Assembly: GCF_018350175.1 (NCBI RefSeq) | Contig: NC_058373.1 | Location: 117,864,001-117,928,000, forward strand | Length of the DNA: 64,000 nt | Direction of reading: 5' to 3' | Origin: Felis catus | Taxonomy: Eukaryota | Part shown: one piece after another, positions 26,912 through 39,322 of the stretch | Numbering within the stretch: position 1 is the stretch's first letter | How the letters are laid out: every line of letters starts with the position of its first letter | Position numbers and translations under genes: made by a program | Notes under the pieces: generated by a model | What the model saw: the letters and a program-made list of their open reading frames with translations, nothing else | Databases searched by the model: none | Told to the model about the DNA's origin: nothing

Positions 26912-28065
26912 GGGATGAATATTAACATGAAATCAAACAAAAAGTGGTAAGGTTCATAAAGATCAACCCAACCATCCTAGAAACAAACATCATCAGCATC
27001 TTCTCCCATAACCAAGGTATCACCTAACCCCACTCCCATCCTTTAGCTCTGGAGTAAATGCCTCTCTCTCTCTCACACACACACACGCACGCACGCACGC
27101 ACACAAACACAACTTAACTTATAAATATAAAACAACAGAAGCATCTGAATTTATTACAATCCCATGCATCAATCCTGCACCACTCACCTAGGGGAAACAG
27201 ACACTTGCCCAGAATAGTGTTGAATGAATTAAAGGCACTGAAAGAAAAGAATATACCAGAAAAAAAACCCGGTAATTCTAGTTTGACTATGGAATGGAAA
27301 GTATCCATTCTGTCAGTACCCAAGACATCTTCAGAAAGGAAGCGATAGCTTTCGCAACTGTGCCCACTCAGGGATTCCAGGGGCACCTAGCTGTGCACCC
27401 AAAACAGAGGCTTTCCCAGAGCAGGAGCACTAACAGGAGAAGCCTGCATCCACCACACCTCCAGGGCAGGGCCCAGATCCCTACCAACACCTCACCAAAG
27501 TTCCCAGGAGTTCTTGCTCCCATCAGGCTAGAATCCTTTCCCGAGGTCTTTCTGGTCCTCATCCCTATTTCTACCACAAAGCAAAACAGAAGGACAAAAT
27601 CTTGGTCATAAAACCCAAATGAGCTCAGGGGATTGGGGTGGAGGGAGGGCTTACAGGCAAGGTTTTCAGCTCACAAGACCCTTCAGCTGAGGTTTCAAAA
27701 TGGCAGCTAGCTAAACTCCATTTGGTCTAAATCTGCTCACCCAAACCTCCCTCCCATTCCCCAGGGTGTCCATAGTTACCAGCACAGTCACCTGCAAACA
27801 TGGAATCTGGATCCCCCTTCTTTCAAATACTAGGGAAGTGGGACCACAAAGATTACCTCCCAATGACAGAGGAGGCTAGAAGGGGGGAAAGAAGGGGAGA
27901 AGGAAGACCTTCACGGCAGCGTGCAAGGACATGGCGGGCTCGCCCCATCCCGTATCTCAGCTATTATGCATTCCCAACTGGCTTGGCCAACATCCAGAGA
28001 GACTCCAGGCTGGTGAGTCTGTGAATGTGAGGCAGAGATAAGCCGCACGGAGAGGGGGAGCTCAC

Positions 28066-28194
28066 CCACGGTTATATATGGGCTGTAGTGCTGCCGGAGC
28101 AAGGAGCCAAGGGACTCTTCCATTTCCAAGACATTTCTGCACTCGGTCCTCTCCCCAAGATTAAGAATTCTCCTTTTTGGCTGCGTCCCTCTCC
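28066..28194 (-). other. Candidate internal exon (129 nt) of an unidentified minus-strand host gene
   Basis: Acceptor gttatgttccag|G and donor TGG|gtgagc. One open frame with phase 1/1. Lies in a repeat-poor block. Confidence 0.35.
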
Positions 28195-31100
28195 CTGGAA
28201 CATAACCAAGCAGCTTGAGAACATGAAAAACTGGGGGGGTTGGTAGGAGTCTTTAATGTGTGAAAATCACGTTGACCCTGGATACTTGTTTGCAATAAAA
28301 CCGGGAGTAGGAAGCTCCTTTCTTTCCTTTATCTCTGGGACTGCCAGCATTTGAGAGACAGGGAGGGGCCGATCTCCAGCCCTGCCCTCAGCCCAGGGAT
28401 TTGCTTTGGGAGCTCAGAAAAGATGTGCTTCCTTCCAGGAGGAGGCTGGGCCTTTGGGGAAGGGCAGACACACGTGGACAAATAGATATGGGAGGAAGGC
28501 CTCGGAGGAAAGGGAACAGCATGAGCAAACCCTCAGAAGGGGTGGCTCTGAGGAGGACAGCTGGGGGAGGGACAAAGAAAAGTCTTATGGAAACTGAGGG
28601 ATCTGGTCCTAGATGCTTATCCACCGTCACCAATGCTAGGATATCTCTGAATGTTCTCCTATGCACCCTCCAAAGAGCAAAATCCAGCAACACAGGGCCC
28701 CAGCAAAGTCTGGAGGAAAGGAATGTCTGCCCCGAGTCTTGCCCCAGGGTCAGACGCCTGGAAAAAATTCCTGGGATTATTTGGTGTTGTCTAAGATGGA
28801 TTTGGAGCCACCCTGGCCGACGAGAGATGTGGCTTTGGATCCGGGCTGACAGGACTGGTCTGTGGTGAGCTGAGGACAATTTTAGGTCTCAAAACTTTTG
28901 TCCTTGCTGTTCACCAATCTGAATCTGCCTTCCTCTCTCTTCCCTGTTCACTGAAATCCTTAAAAGCCATCTCCTTCCCCCGCTCCCCTGATCCCCTCGT
29001 TCCAAAGTAACCCACTGTCCTTTATGCTCCTTCAACAAGAGCTCATCTCTCTATTTCCAGGGTGCTTGCCCGCCTTGTCTTATAATTAGTCTCACACCCC
29101 TCTAGGTGTATGCTCTCAAATGCCAAGAACTGGGTCTTACACATCTCCAGAGCAGCCACTCAATAGATACTTATTGAATACACAGACCCCTAAGGAGTGA
29201 CTGGCAGCGGCCGGCATTTCTCTTCCCTACATCCATTCATTCATTTGTTCAACAAACGTGTGCGTGCCCAGTGTCTGCCAAGCTGGTTGGTGACTCTCTT
29301 GCAGAGCACACTGGAACCCTTCAATCAAGCAGCTAAAAAGTAAGTGTCGGTATCTAGGCTTCAGTATGAGGCTTCTTTGCAGGTCCAGGACATAGAAAAT
29401 CCCACAGGATCGCTACGGAAAAACCTGACCACGGCAGGGGGGCTGCAGCCTACATCCCAATGCCTGTACCTGTCCAGATGGAAAGTCAGGCCCTCAAGAA
29501 GGCCCCTGGGGGACACAGATTGTCTAGGATGTGGGTGAGGACCCTCAAGGGCTCTGCCCAGCCCATCCGGGAAAAGCCTAGATACACCTATCACAGAGGA
29601 TGGTAAGTCAACCCAACTGTCTATGTACATAGTACTCTGGGAATGCTCGGTGTGGGGAGCTGGGAATTTGGGGTTGGGGAGGGCTCAAAAAGTCATCTCG
29701 GCAGAGCAGATGCCATCCTGGAAGGGGGAGGATCCGCTGAAGGTCATGAGAAAAGTCTGCCCTGCTCAGGGATCAGTAAGTGCAAATTACTTGAGAAGCT
29801 GGTGTGTCCAGGAAGTGGGGGGGGGGGGGGGGGGGGGCTTGATAGGGAACCAGAGGTGTGGGGAGAGGGCGGGGGTAGGTTAGGGATAGTCATTTATCCC
29901 GGTCTCTTTCAACTCCAAAATTATAGGATCCTAATCTGAACCCTCCCTGCCAACAACTTGAAAAAGTTGTCTGAGACCAGGGACTTTTGGAGAGAAAGTT
30001 GAATAGTGAGTCAAATAATAAACCAAAAAGAAATCCTGAAGTCAAAACAAGGGATAAATTTTCCTTATCTCTCTACGACATGCATCAAAGCAGCTAGCTG
30101 CTGTCTGCCCCAGCCTGGGAAGATGATCACGGTTTTTAATGGCCTGTAAACAATAGGACCAGCCTTTGTAATAAAGTTGAACCAATTAATCCTTTAGGCT
30201 TCCTCCCTGCACCCTGACGACTCCCAGCTCCCCCTGCTCCGAGGCAGGGCCACCTTCAAAGGTCTGGGAAATGGAGGGATCCAGCCCTGAAACGCAAAGC
30301 CTCTGAGAGCTGAGGTGGTTTGTGAAAGAGAATCAACCCTGTGGGTGACAGTGATGGTTCCCAAAGGAAGGTCAAAGAAAATTGCCTCTATCCTGATCTG
30401 GGTAAAAGGAAGAAGACTCCTCTCAGAAAATACAAAAACAAACAAACAAACAAAAACAAGAGACATGGTATACTAAGGAACTGGCACAAGAGGTAAACTC
30501 TGTTCTTATGTGGTGAGCTCATACATTCATTCGGCAAACATTCACGCACTCCTATATAGCGCAAGGCACCTGTACAGGTCCAAAAGTATACAGAGATTCC
30601 AAATACCTGCCCTCAGTGGAATTACAGTCTGGGAAGTGGTGCCGGGAATAAGGCATATCCACAGATATGGATAATAAAAGTTAGTAGGATAGTATGTGCA
30701 AAGAGTTACACAAGTCCAGACCTTTCCGTTCATGGCTTTGCTTCTGGCTTTGACGTATCACGTTCAGTGTGGGTGACTGGGGCAGACCTTACTGAAAACA
30801 ACAGGGGGATCAGAAAGAGGAGAAAGAAAATGGGACAGAAAAGAAAAAGGAAACCAAGCCCCTCCTTCCTGCCCCTGCTCCAAGCTCAGCCCTAGTTCTG
30901 GGAAAGCAAAGGACCAGTTGTCACTAGAAGTCCCCAGGCAGGTCCAGGCCACTGAGTCACAATTCAAGGCACGTATGCTCCTGTATCAACAAGGCACATT
31001 TTTGCTGAATTGCACAAAATTCTGGCCATCTGGAGTTTTCTATTTGATATACCAATTCCCCGTACCTGACAACCATGTGCCCCTTTACGCTTAGCAATAC

Positions 31101-31396
31101 CGCATATACGTGCATAAACACACATGCATGCATGCTAACGGTGATCGGTGATCGAATGAAGGAAATTCTAAGGCTTTTTCACCTGTGCTTCAAAAGCTAA
31201 CATTCTCTCCTTTCGAAAACAGTGACAAATACATGTTTTGCATGCGTGTAGCCTCTCATTTTTCAGCTCTTCAATAAATATTACTTTTATGTTCATGCCA
31301 CCAGCAACCTTGGTTGGTAAACAAAGGCAAAACACTATCATCTCCATGTTAAATACTCCTCCTTTATCCATTTGTTTCCTACTCAAGAATGGTTGA

Positions 31397-31997
31397 GGGG
31401 CACCCTGGTGGCTCAGTCGGTTGAGCCTCCAGCTTCGGCTCAGGTCGTGATCTCGCGGTTTATGAGTTCGAGCCCCACATCGGGCTCTGTGCTAACAGCT
31501 CACAGCCTGGAGCCTGCTTCGGGTTCTGTGTCTCCCTCTCTCTCTGCCCCTCCCCCCTCCTTAGAAATGAATAAACATTAAACAATTTAAAAAAAATCGT
31601 TGAACATCTACCATGTGCCATGACCATGCTGGGTATCGCGTTTTCTAGCCAGAACAAGACAAATGCAAGCGCTGCCTTCAAATGGGTCACAGTCCAGTGA
31701 GGGAGAGAGACAGGGAAATGCACTCCGCCTCCAGGATCTGGAGCAGCTTCCGGAGGAAATGATGGAGACAAACCTTAAAAGACTACTGTGAGAGGCACCT
31801 GGGTGGCTCAGTCGGTTAAGTGTCCACCTCTTGATTTCACAGTTCATGGGATCAAGCCCTGCATGGGGCTCCACGCTGATAGTGCAGAGCCTACTTGGGA
31901 TTCTCTCTCTCCTTCTCTCTCTGCCCCTCTCCTGCTCACACTCTCTCCCTCTCTCTCTCTCAAAATAAATAAATAAAGTTAAAAAAAAAAAAAAAAA
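31397..31997 (+). mobile_element. Two Can-SINEs (31397-31596, 31791-31997)
   Basis: Second has TSD aaaagactactgtga. Confidence 0.9.
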
Positions 31998-32340
31998 GAC
32001 TACTGTGATTTTTGCCAGGTGGAAAAGAGAGGGATGGGTCAGCAATTTGTGCTCAGAGAAGAATGAGCTGTCTGGCATTTCCAGACCACGGAAGGGGTGA
32101 GGGGTGGTGAAGGGCAAAGGATGAGAAAGGAGACTGAAGAGGTTGGCTGGGCCCAGACCATAGAGCCAAGAAAGCCTTGCCAAGGAGTTTGGACTTTATC
32201 CCGTGGGCAATGAGGAAACCACTGAAGGTTTCAAGCAGAGGCAGGTGACATGATCAGATTTATGTTTTGGCAAGATTATTCCAGCTTCTGGGTGAAGAAT
32301 ACACTGGAATAGGAAGAGACTGGGCAGACTCTAGAGACAG
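31597..32340 (-). mobile_element. L2 relic interrupted by a SINE
   Basis: ttgaacatctaccatgtgcca...aaggagtttggactttatcc...gacatgatcagatttatgtttt. Confidence 0.7.
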
Positions 32341-33095
32341 TCCCTAAACAGAATCAATAGGACTGGGTTCCCCATTGAAGGTAGGAAGGAAAGGAGGTGT
32401 CAACCTTCGGGCTTGAGGGGCCCTCACCCAAGACAGGAAACCAATAAGAAAGCAAGAGGCAGAGAAATTAAGGGCCTTGTCTAAGGTCACATAAATTACT
32501 GGGTAGTGGATTGAAGCCAGGAACCTAAAATTCTTTCCAGTAGAAACCCCTTGGTTTGCCATGTTAGTATCAACCTGTGATTAAACTTGGCCATCATTTG
32601 CCAGGCTCACTTTTTGTTCCCTGCTTTTTCACGCGTGTACACTTTTTGCCCTAGGAAGACCATAAACTCAACAGGTCAAAATGTCTTTTGACCTCTCATA
32701 GGGCCTGGCACATACTAGGCACTAAGTGGTCAATGAATGTTTGTTATTAAATCAAACCCCAGGAGCCCAAGGGCACCTTAAGCATTGTCTTACTTGTGAC
32801 ACAAGACACTTTCTTTCATCAATTCTTAACAAACAAAGTATTTTTAAAACACAATTCCTAGATCAAATAATTCCTAGATGTCTGGATTTCACAGTCCAGG
32901 AAATTTGTTACAACAAAAATTAGAGGGATCAACACGGTCTTGCCAACTTTTTTTTTATTTTGCCAAATAAGGACAATCTAAAACCCAACTGCCATCTATT
33001 AACTGCCATCTACTACTTTGTTTCTTAAAAAACATTTCATACGTATCCAAAAAGTCAGAATAATATAAGATTAAGGCTAATCCTTCAAATTAAAT

Positions 33096-33327
33096 CAGAG
33101 TTCCTCAACCTTAGCACCATGGACACTTTAGGCCAATAAATCTTTGCTATGGGGATGAAGGGAGAAGAATGGGGGGGCTGTCCTGTGCACCTTGGGGCAT
33201 TTAGCAGCATCTCTGGCTGCTATTCATAACATACCAGTAGCCCCTCCCAAGTTGTGACAACCAAACAATGTCTCCAGGCACTGCCAAACACCCCCAGGGG
33301 CAAAATCATCTCAGTTGAGAACCACTG
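33096..33327. mobile_element. MER20 hAT-Charlie non-autonomous DNA transposon
   Basis: Terminal inverted repeats cagagttcctcaacc / gttgagaaccactg, internal gttgtgacaaccaaacaatgtctccag, perfect 8-bp TSD aattaaat (33088-33095, 33328-33335). Confidence 0.9.
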
Positions 33328-33424
33328 AATTAAATAAAGCCTTACTAAAAATGTAGTTCTATTGTCCTTACCTTTTAAACCAGTGAAAACTTTAGCACAG
33401 ACAGGCATCCATCCATAAACCAAA

Positions 33425-33635
33425 GGCACAGAGGCTAAGAGGGTGGGATTTGAAATCACACTTGAATTCAAATCCCAATTATTCCTCCTTCCTGTTGTCG
33501 TTGTCGCCTGACCTTGACCAAGTGATTGCTCTAAACCTCCCTTTCCTCTCCTGCAGCATCTACCTCATCAGAGTGGTTGGCAGGATTGGATGGAATAGAT
33601 ACAACCCACTTAGCAACATGCCTGGCACATGATGG
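33425..33635 (+). mobile_element. MIR
   Basis: ttcaaatccc...gaccttgaccaagtga...aggatt...atgcctggcacat. Confidence 0.7.
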
Positions 33636-35751
33636 CCGGGAGAGGAAGGATGACCATTAATAATATTATTTCTAACACTTCTAAACACATAACACATTAA
33701 CAATGGCTACCCAGATTTAAGACTGTCTGGATAAATGGACCCACAAATAATACAGTAGGTCTTCAATAAACATTTATTGAATGAATAAATGAACCCTAAA
33801 TCACCCTGTTCCCACCAGCTCCTGTCTTCAACCCTGCCACATCTAAGTCCTTTTCTCCTTTACCAGAACTTTCCCAAATCGTACCCATGGGGATTAAATA
33901 CATAAAAGAAAGTCTGGACAGTCCAGGACCTCTGCCTGGGGCTCTATGGCGGTGTGGGGGGGGGGGGAAGCGTGGGAGGAATTGGGGCAGGGGGGACTTT
34001 GTGGAATCCTCTAGCAAGAGCAATATCAATCCACCACCCAACTACCTGCACTTGGAACAGCTCTTACTCCACCAATGAGAGCACAGCTTTGTTGAGACCC
34101 ACCACTAACACCACTCATGTCATCACACCTTCAGGTGGCTGCTATCCTCCCTAGATATTTAACCTGGAGGTAGGCCAAGGACAGAAAAAGGAGATGGCCA
34201 TATCCTTGAACAAAAGTAGCTATAAAAGGGCGTGGGAAGCAAGGCAAATGACAAATTAAACAAACAGACAACCTCAAAGGAAAGGAGGTGGAGAGGCTCC
34301 AACAAAAGGGTCAGAGTTCCTGCTGCTTCCTGTATCCCCACCAAGCCCACCTCCCACCTCAGCAGGCCGACAGAGCACTGGTGGCTCTTACAAGGGGAGA
34401 AACACTCCTCATTATAAACCAGACATGCTCCTGGCTGAAGCCCAGCCAGCAATAAATTCTGGAGTTCATCTCATAAGCACAGTAAGTATCTTTGGCAATT
34501 TCCCGAAGGACTGAATTTTTCTGACCATCACAGGGGCATAGGACGTGAGCATGGGGCAGGGCGGGGACTTAAAAAAGCAGGCGATCCAAGCTCTCATTCT
34601 ATAGATGGGGAAACTGAGGCTCACAGTGAGAAAGGAACTTGCTCAAGACCATCCACGGGGGCCCCACTCAGTGGCAGCGCTGAGCCAAGAGTTCAAGGCT
34701 TCAGTTGTAGCACTGAGCTTTGCCAGAAGCTCAGAAACATCCCCAGAAGAGGATGGTGTATTATGAACCAAATCTCACTCTTCCTGAAAAAATAAATGAT
34801 CACATTCACAGCTTCACATGAGGAGAGGATTAACAAGTTCTCAGAAGGGGCCATTGATCTATGGCTTCTCCATCCATTTGGAAACTGAGAGAGAATAAAT
34901 TAGTTCCACAGGAGGATCCAGCAACTAACTTCTCTACCCCAGCAAGCATCATTGGTCTTCTTCAGACTATCTGATACCGTAACCAAAATACAAAGAGGAT
35001 CGTAAAGACCATTTGGGGGAAATGTGCAAATGGTGACTCTGAGTAAAGACTACAGGGGTGTTCATTGTACCATTCTTGCAACGTTTCAGAAGACTTGAAA
35101 TTTTTCTAAGTAAAAATTTGAGGGAGAGTGAGAAAGCACTAAAGAATAATCTAAACTAAATTAAATTGTTGTTAAAAATTCGGAAAGGAACCAGAAGGGA
35201 CCAGAAAGGGATTCAGAAGGAATCATTCCTTCAGTTTCACCCAGTTTCTTTATCTGAGGACTAACACCCTCAGGAAAAAAAAAAAAAGACATTGCAGAAG
35301 TTAGAGATGTAGGGTTCCAAACAAATATGTGATGCTGGTGTTCATAGTAGCCAGTAGCTATGGCAACCTTGGAATCCAATCTGATTTCAAATATTTTGTC
35401 CCATTAGCTCCCAAAATACACATATACTTGTCACATCATGTATCCTGGTGTTCTTGATTCAGAAAGTAACAAAAGTAACAACAGACTATGGATGAGACAA
35501 ATGTCAGAATCTTTCCCCAAAAATCCATCACCTTTGCAGTACAGGTGGCCCACAAAATCAATTAAATGCAGTTTAATTTCCATTCAGTTTGGAAATCCTT
35601 TCATATAAATAAATTATTGAATCAAAATCCACATCCAAACCACAGTCTGCCATGTTCTCTATCTACAGTAGTATTTAATTGGCGCCATATTGGATCCATA
35701 ATCTAGCCCTGAAAATCTATCCTTGGCCACACAGATAAAATTCATGCCAGT

Positions 35752-35940
35752 GGGACGCCTGGGTGGCTCAGTTGGTTAAGCATCCGACTCCTGATTTCTG
35801 CTCAGGTCATGATCTTACAGTTCATGAGATAAAGCCCCACGTTGGGCTCCTGACTGGCTGGTAGCACAGAGTCTGCTTGGGATTCTCTCTCTCCTCTCTC
35901 TCTGCCCCTCCTCCCCCTGCTACTCATGCGCTCGCTCTCG

Positions 35941-35973
<33 letters not shown>

Positions 35974-36003
35974 AAAAATAAATAAATAAACATAAAAAAA
36001 AAA
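35752..36003 (+). mobile_element. Can-SINE, older subfamily
   Basis: TSD tcatgccagt. Confidence 0.9.
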
Positions 36004-36109
36004 CGTCATGCCAGTAGCATGGCCGTCAAAGCTTGGAGATTTGAGGTAACACAGACCATTCAAGAAACCTGAAAGAATTCCTATGGCTAAAATAAGAGAT
36101 GAGGGGAGA

Positions 36110-37340
36110 TTCCTGGGGATAGAAACGGAGATGGAGGCCCAGAGTGCAGGGGCCAAGAACGGCTTCACCCAAGTCACCCATGAGGTGGCTGGCGGACAAA
36201 GAAACCAGGCTGAGCAGCTGTCCGAGTGGGGGGAGGGCAGGGACATGGCCCACAGGGACACAGAGGAGGCCCGGCCCACAAAGAGGCCCATTTTCCCACC
36301 CCTCGCCAGGGACGGATTCCTGAGTGGAAAAGAAGAAAACAAGGAAAATTCCGGTCCCGGCTAACAGATACACGCCATTGAAAGAAAACTGGATGAAGAT
36401 ATTTACTCCTATTGTAGAACGTTTGGCACTCCAGATGCGCTTTAACTTAAAATCGAGGAACGTAGAGATCAGGACTTGTAAAGAAACCAAAGATGTTAGT
36501 GCTCTGACAAAAGCAGCTGGTTTTGTGAAAGCCTTTATTCTTGGGTTTCAGGTAGAGGATGCCCTTGCCCTCATTAGGTTGGATGACCTCTTCCTAGAGT
36601 CCTTTGAAATCACAGATGTGAAGCCCCTAAAGGGGGCTCTAGGGAGACCACCTGTCAAGAGGGATAGGAAGAATTGCTGGTAAAGGAGGAAAAACCAAAT
36701 TCACCATAGAGAATGTGACACGGACGTGGATGGTTTTGGCTGTAAGTTCACATCCTTGGCTCTTTCCAAAACATGAAGATGGCAAGAACCGCCATTTGCA
36801 ACGTCATCCTGGGAAGTCCTCCCTCAAAGGTTTATGGCAATATCCGAGCTGTGGCTAGCAGAGAAGCAAATCGTTTCTGATTTCAAATCAAGAGACTTTT
36901 TTATCTTGTCTTTGGACTCTAGAGAAAAAGCCTTCCCCCCCAACCTGTGGTCACAAGAAACCATGTGAAGAGTATTCCAGTCACTTTAAGGCTCCATCAC
37001 TTCTGTTCTCAGCCAGAAGCATAAACAGAAAGGAAAGGTTTGGTTAAAGTCACACATAGCGACTTTGAGGATAATTTCCACACCTGAACGTGGCACACTA
37101 TACTTACACATTAACTATAATTTATCACTTCATTTTAAATAAAAGATTTGCATAGTTTATAACTCTTATGGGAGGGAAACTTCTGGTTGAAACAGTCCTG
37201 TATGAATTTATCAACTTATTTATAAATTTGTAACTTCTTATAAATTTATAACCATTTCTTGTCTATGGAGTATAATTAAAAGAATCACCCCACAAAAATA
37301 AATAAATAGATAGATAAAATAATTAATTAATTAATTAAAA
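36110..37340 (+). pseudogene. PNO1: PNO1 processed pseudogene (retrocopy)
   Basis: Intronless, translates in pieces to PNO1 (ETEMEAQSA...RKIPVPANRYTPLKENWMKIFTPIVE...LIRLDDLFLESFEITDVKPLKG...VHILGSFQN...VYGNIRAVASR; stop 36878-36880). Lesions: start ATG>ATA (36119), +1 frameshift near 36337, 10-nt insertion 36633-36642, about 5-nt deletion near 36742. Followed by 3' UTR and a decayed A-tail from about 37294. TSD taaaataaga(g/a)atgaggggaga at 36088-36109 and 37341-37362. Confidence 0.97.
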
Positions 37341-37344
37341 TAAA

Positions 37345-38020
37345 ATAAGAAATGAGGGGAGAATGAGCAGGGGAATATGAAGTTGGGAAGACAAGTAGAG
37401 ATCAGACCCAAGAGGGTCTGAACACTCGACAAAAGAGGAGGAAGTTTATCCTTCAGGCAATAAGGAACCACTTTGAAATGGGAGGAATATAACTGGATCA
37501 TTCCAGCAGAGGATGGATAGATGGAAGTAATTCAAAACTAGGGAGTCTAGTTGGAATGACAAAGACCTGACCTAAGGCAGTCAGTATGGAATGAAGAATG
37601 GAGGACAAGTTAGAGAGAGCTGCTAAAGACAGCCAATGCACAGGACTTGACAGGAAGAGGGCAGATGTGCCCTAGAGAGAGAAGCAGTCCAAGACGACCT
37701 CCAGCTTTTTTGACCTGGTAAATGATGCTGCCAGTCATCCAGACGGGGAACCCAGGAGAAGAGAAATGTAGTAGGTTTTGAACACGCTGAAGTTCCACCT
37801 GGAGAGGCAGGTGTGGAGCTCCAGAGAGAAGTCCAAACTGGATATACGCATTTGAGAGTAATCATCACATATATGGTGGTGGATGCCATGGGTGTGGATG
37901 AGGTCAACTGGGAAGAAATTGACAACAAGTAAGAATTGGTTCAAGAACAGAAACTCTGGGGGAGAAAGCTGCTAAGGGCAGGTAAGGAAGAGGAGTCCTC
38001 CCCAAAAACACTGAAGAGTG
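37345..38020 (-). mobile_element. L2 relic (continues left of the PNO1 retrocopy at about 36020-36100)
   Basis: Purine-rich L2 pattern (caggcaataaggaaccact, ttttgaacacgctgaagtt, gagtaatcatcacatatatggtggtggatgccatggg). Confidence 0.7.
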
Positions 38021-38164
38021 GCCTAAAAGGCAGAGACCCCAGCCTGCTTTTAAGTGATCCATTCTACCCCTCCATCTCCACAGGCTGGTCACACCATGCT
38101 ACCGTAGAGGAAGTAACAACAACGACCAGCTAGCGTAGAGGAAGTAACAATAACATATTAAAAT

Positions 38165-39092
38165 AAACTCTCTTCTTAAAAACAAAAAAGACAAACAACT
38201 CAATTAAAACACAGGCAAAGGATGTGAGTAGACATTTCTCCAAACAAAATACACAAGTGGTCAAAAAACACATGAAAAGATGCTCAGCGTCATTAGCCAT
38301 TAGAGAAATGCAAATCGAAACCACCGTGAGATACCACATCACACCCACCAGCATGGCTAGAATCAGAAAAACAGATAATCACAAGTGTCAGCAAAGAAGT
38401 GGAGAAACTGGCCCCGCGCACGTTGCTGGTAAGAATGTAAAATGTGCAGCCGCTGTGGAAAACAGTGGTAGTTCCTCCAAAAATTAAAGATACAGTTGTC
38501 ATATGACCCAGCAGTTTCAATCCTAGGTGTATGGTCAAAAAAACTGAAAACATATGTTCACACAAAGACTTGTATTTGAATGTGCATGTTAGCATTACTC
38601 ATAATAGTGAAAAAGTGGAAATAACCCAAATGTCTATCAACTGATGGGTAGATAAATAAAATACAGTATACCACATAATGGAATAGTATTCTGCCACTTA
38701 AAAAAAATGCAGTCTTGATATATGCTACTATGTGGTTGGACACTGAAAACATGGTAAGTTGAAGAATCCAGACACAAAAGTCCACATATATTGTCTAATT
38801 TCATTTATAGGACATAATCAAAATAGGGAAATCCATAGAGATTGAAGGAAGACTTGTGGATGCCAGGGGCTGGGGAGAAGGGGGAAAGGAGTGAGAAGTG
38901 ACTACGTAATGAGTGCAAAATCTCTTTCTGGGGTGCCAAAAACGTTCTGGAATTAGGTAGTAGTGATGATTGCACCACACTGCAGGTTTACTAAAACCAT
39001 TGACTCGTATGCTCTAAAACTAAAAATCAGTGAATTGTACACAGTTGAAATGGTGAACTTTATGTTACATGAATCTTATCTCAATAAAAAAA
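38165..39092 (+). mobile_element. L1MB-like 3' fragment
   Basis: ORF 38224-38487 is L1 ORF2-like (KHMKRCSASLAIREMQIETTVRYH). L1M 3' UTR ends tatctcaataaaaaaaa. Confidence 0.88.
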
Positions 39093-39270
39093 ATTAAGTA
39101 AGTTCACTTTACAAAATTACCCATAGCCAAGAACAGCTGGGTAAGCAATTTCTCCAGCTTGCCCAGATATTCTACACAAAGAAAAGAAAATTCCAGATAT
39201 TCTAACCAAAGAAGCCAAAGGGTGTGCTTCCCAAGAGACTCTTAAATATCTTTAAAAGTCCAATTTAAAT

Positions 39271-39273
<3 letters not shown>

Positions 39274-39319
<46 letters not shown>
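39274..39319. repeat. (TG)n microsatellite
   Basis: Seen directly. Confidence 0.98.

Positions 39320-39322
<3 letters not shown>

Noticed and set aside
29340..29610. Isolated gtaagt donors on + and an acceptor-like site on -
   Set aside because: No matching partner sites, and such motifs are expected by chance in 64 kb.
36324..36683. Functional PNO1 CDS
   Set aside because: The start is non-ATG, the frame is bounded by frameshifts, and it is intronless with a TSD and A-tail, so it is a pseudogene.
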